Part shown: piece after piece, positions 61,481 through 64,000 of the stretch
Layout of the letters: each line of letters opens with the position of its first letter
How positions within the stretch are numbered: the stretch's first letter is position 1
Notes under the pieces: model-generated
What the model saw: the letters and a program-made list of their open reading frames with translations, nothing else
Databases searched by the model: none
What the model was told of the DNA's origin: nothing
Position numbers and translations under genes: made by a program
Assembly: GCF_009834535.1 (NCBI RefSeq)
Contig: NC_045701.1
Coordinates: 29,760,001 to 29,824,000, forward strand
Direction of reading: 5' to 3'
DNA length: 64,000 nucleotides
DNA from: Camelus ferus
Taxonomy: Eukaryota

Positions 61481-63581
61481 GTTATGGTCCCCTTGCAGAA
61501 CAGCAAGTTCAGTAGAGACACTACCATCCTAAGACATTACCCTTTAATGTCTGTTTTTACTCTCTATCCCCAACCACTATCCTTGGGACTGAAAGACTAA
61601 GAACAAGTCTAAGAAATGGCTTAGAGAGGAGGACAAGAGCATCTAATTTCTAAACACTGTTATCTCTTCCTGTTTTCGCCAGACTACAGTCCTTTGTAAC
61701 TGTTGATATATCACTATTATGAAATCCTCCAGCTAGTCTCAGAAGGCCTCCTTTATGAAATGCCTGAAATTTTGTGTAAATAATTTCTAACAAGCACCGT
61801 AGAAATCTTGCCCATTGTAGTACTCTGCTCAATTTCCAATGAAAACTTTACTGATTGCATTGTAATTTTTAAGTTTATATTTTGGCCAAAATAGAACAGA
61901 AACTCTGAGCCCCTTGAAATCATGAAGGATATCTTATTTATATATCTATCTCAGATAATTCCTGGCACACTAGGGTCCTTAATATGTGTTTATTGAATGA
62001 ATGAATAAATGGACTTTTAAGTGAATAAATAAAGTAATTGATGACTTAGTAAGAAAAATTGTCAAATATTTCCAAATCTAATTGTTTTATTAATTCATTT
62101 GGTGTTTTCTGACTCTGCTTCATGATTTCTGATTTTGTTTCCTAGAAACCTCTTTTAAAAATACCACTCTACCCATATTAGTTTCAAGTAAAATTCTCTT
62201 TGCTTTTAAGTATGAGATGACCAAGGTGTCTTCTCAATGCTCTGTTCAGCTTTTAGTTTTGGGGATCAAACAAAAGACATACTTTGTCCAACACCATGGT
62301 TACGATCTGGTCTATGTGACCACCGTGTTTCCCTAACACATTTCCTTTCTTGAGGCTTTCTGCTTCTTACCAATATTCTCTTAGTATTTCACATAGTTAC
62401 TCCCATCACTGTACCCAAACCATTGTCTCAAAAATAGAGTGGTTTATGTAAATATTATAACACCATTCTTCCACCTACCAACTACTGGTTCCAGTCTTGG
62501 CATAGTCAGGAACAATAGAGGGGGTAGGAGGTGCCTCTTTCCCCATCTGCGACAGAAAGCCTTGTCTTCTATATTTTGGTGTATGTAAGTGCCTTCCCTG
62601 ATGTAACAGTGAGCTAACTAGTACCTCAGGCTGTGACTAAGAAAATCAGTTCTCTGGAGGCCAGGGCCAGCCAGCCAGGAATCAAAACCCTGAGGGAATA
62701 ATTTAAAAGTTGATATGTACTTCATGCAAGGAGCATAGAAACACAACTTCTGAATTACCCAGAACAAGTAAGGAAAACTGCTTATTTCCAAGGATTAGGG
62801 GTGAGAAATGTTATGATGCATAATATGCCTTCTAGACTATGATGTCTATTTCCAGTTTTACTGTCCTATAGGACTGTGTCACTTAGAGATACTGGATCCT
62901 TAGGAGAATGAAGAGCTGTCCAAATGCAATATTAACTACATAAATTGCTTGAGCTGTTTATCCTTATTTGCAATGAAGGCCTTAAGTAATAACTTCATAA
63001 TATTTCTAACTTTTATTCAATATCTTCTATATGTGTTTAATGTTTATCTACTACTTGTCAGACACTGTGCTAGGCACCAGGTATACAATGATAAACAAGA
63101 GAAAAACTGTCCTTATTTCCCTAAATTGAGTCTGCGAATTCACAGATACTTATCTGTATCTCTTACCTAGAAATCTTCTGTGATAAATAACATTAGATTC
63201 TATCTCAATTTTCTTCTGTCAGCCTGATATCCATCTCATATCTTTCAGAACATTATCCTCTCCACAACCACACTTGATATTTGTGAAGTGAGGATGACAC
63301 AATTACCTTTTAATTAAAAACTGCATCCTCCCTGATCCACGAAAATCTATCAGTTATTCTTCCACAGACTGTTGAAGACTCATTTTAAGTTGGAAATAAA
63401 AAGACTCAGGGCTAAAAATGTAATTTGTTCTGAGTGGCTTCAAAGGGTAAATCAGAACAAATGTGTATTTTGAGATTTTGGTTAAACTCAAAAATTTTCA
63501 GAAAGTTTAGCTTATATTGCTTTAAATAGTTGAAAAATTTCAAATCACCTTCCTCCAAATTTTTATTAAATGCACAAGAAG

Positions 63582-63643
63582 ATATACAAATAATAAAAAA
63601 TCAAGTTATATACAAATAATAAAAAGTCAAGTTATATACAAAT
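63582..63643. repeat. 26-bp tandem repeat, 2.4 copies
   Basis: atatacaaataataaaaaatcaagtt / atatacaaataataaaaagtcaagtt / atatacaaat. Confidence 0.9.
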
Positions 63644-64000
63644 CCACTAGATTATCACAAAAATAGAAAAATCCATGCCTCTTTCCAGCTGCTTTTTTAT
63701 TTTGAAGACTTCCTAACTCCATTTCTTCAGAGTTACTACCTTTTGGAACTTAATTTTTCTTATCCGAGCTAGAAATGCTAAGAACATGTAGAGTTTTGTG
63801 AAATAAAATTGAGAAAGCAAATGTCCCATGTCCAGCACAGAGTCTGGTGCATATTAGAAGCATAAATTATAATCATGATAATGAAAATAAAGAAATAATG
63901 AAAGTGTCAATAAGACGAATAGGTAATATATTCCAAATTCTAGTGAGAATAAATGTTAATTAACAAGAAAATAATACTGAATTAATTGTTTTAAAAATCG

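Noticed and set aside
1-64000. CRISPR arrays, operons, rRNA, NUMT or processed pseudogenes
   Set aside because: No regularly spaced repeat-spacer structure and no recognisable matching sequence on either strand.

Overview
Mammalian, AT-rich, CpG-poor DNA from an olfactory receptor family-4 (class II) cluster. It is very probably camelid, because two tRNA-Ala-derived SINEs match what I recall of vic-1. The window has six single-exon OR loci: an OR4K3-like pseudogene (+, 1-nt frameshift plus loss of Cys179), an intact OR4K-like gene (-), three intact OR4N genes (-), and an OR4M1-like gene (-) whose CDS contains two 143-nt N runs. The order mirrors my recollection of human chr14q11.2 (OR4M1-OR4N-OR4N2-OR4K6P-OR4K3), with one extra OR4N. 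The best signal is the OR4N triplet. The middle gene looks like a chimera made by unequal crossover: it has the 5' flank of the OR4N2-like copy and the C-terminus and 3' flank of the OR4N4-like copy, with the roughly 10-kb spacer duplicated. That duplication was later overwritten by a roughly 3.9-kb tract of about 99% identity and by patchy conversion within the CDSs. The rest is L1, L2, MIR, LTR and hAT debris plus microsatellites. I found no prokaryote-type system, CRISPR array or novel protein family. Gene and repeat names come from memory, and identity figures are by-eye estimates rather than database or alignment results.
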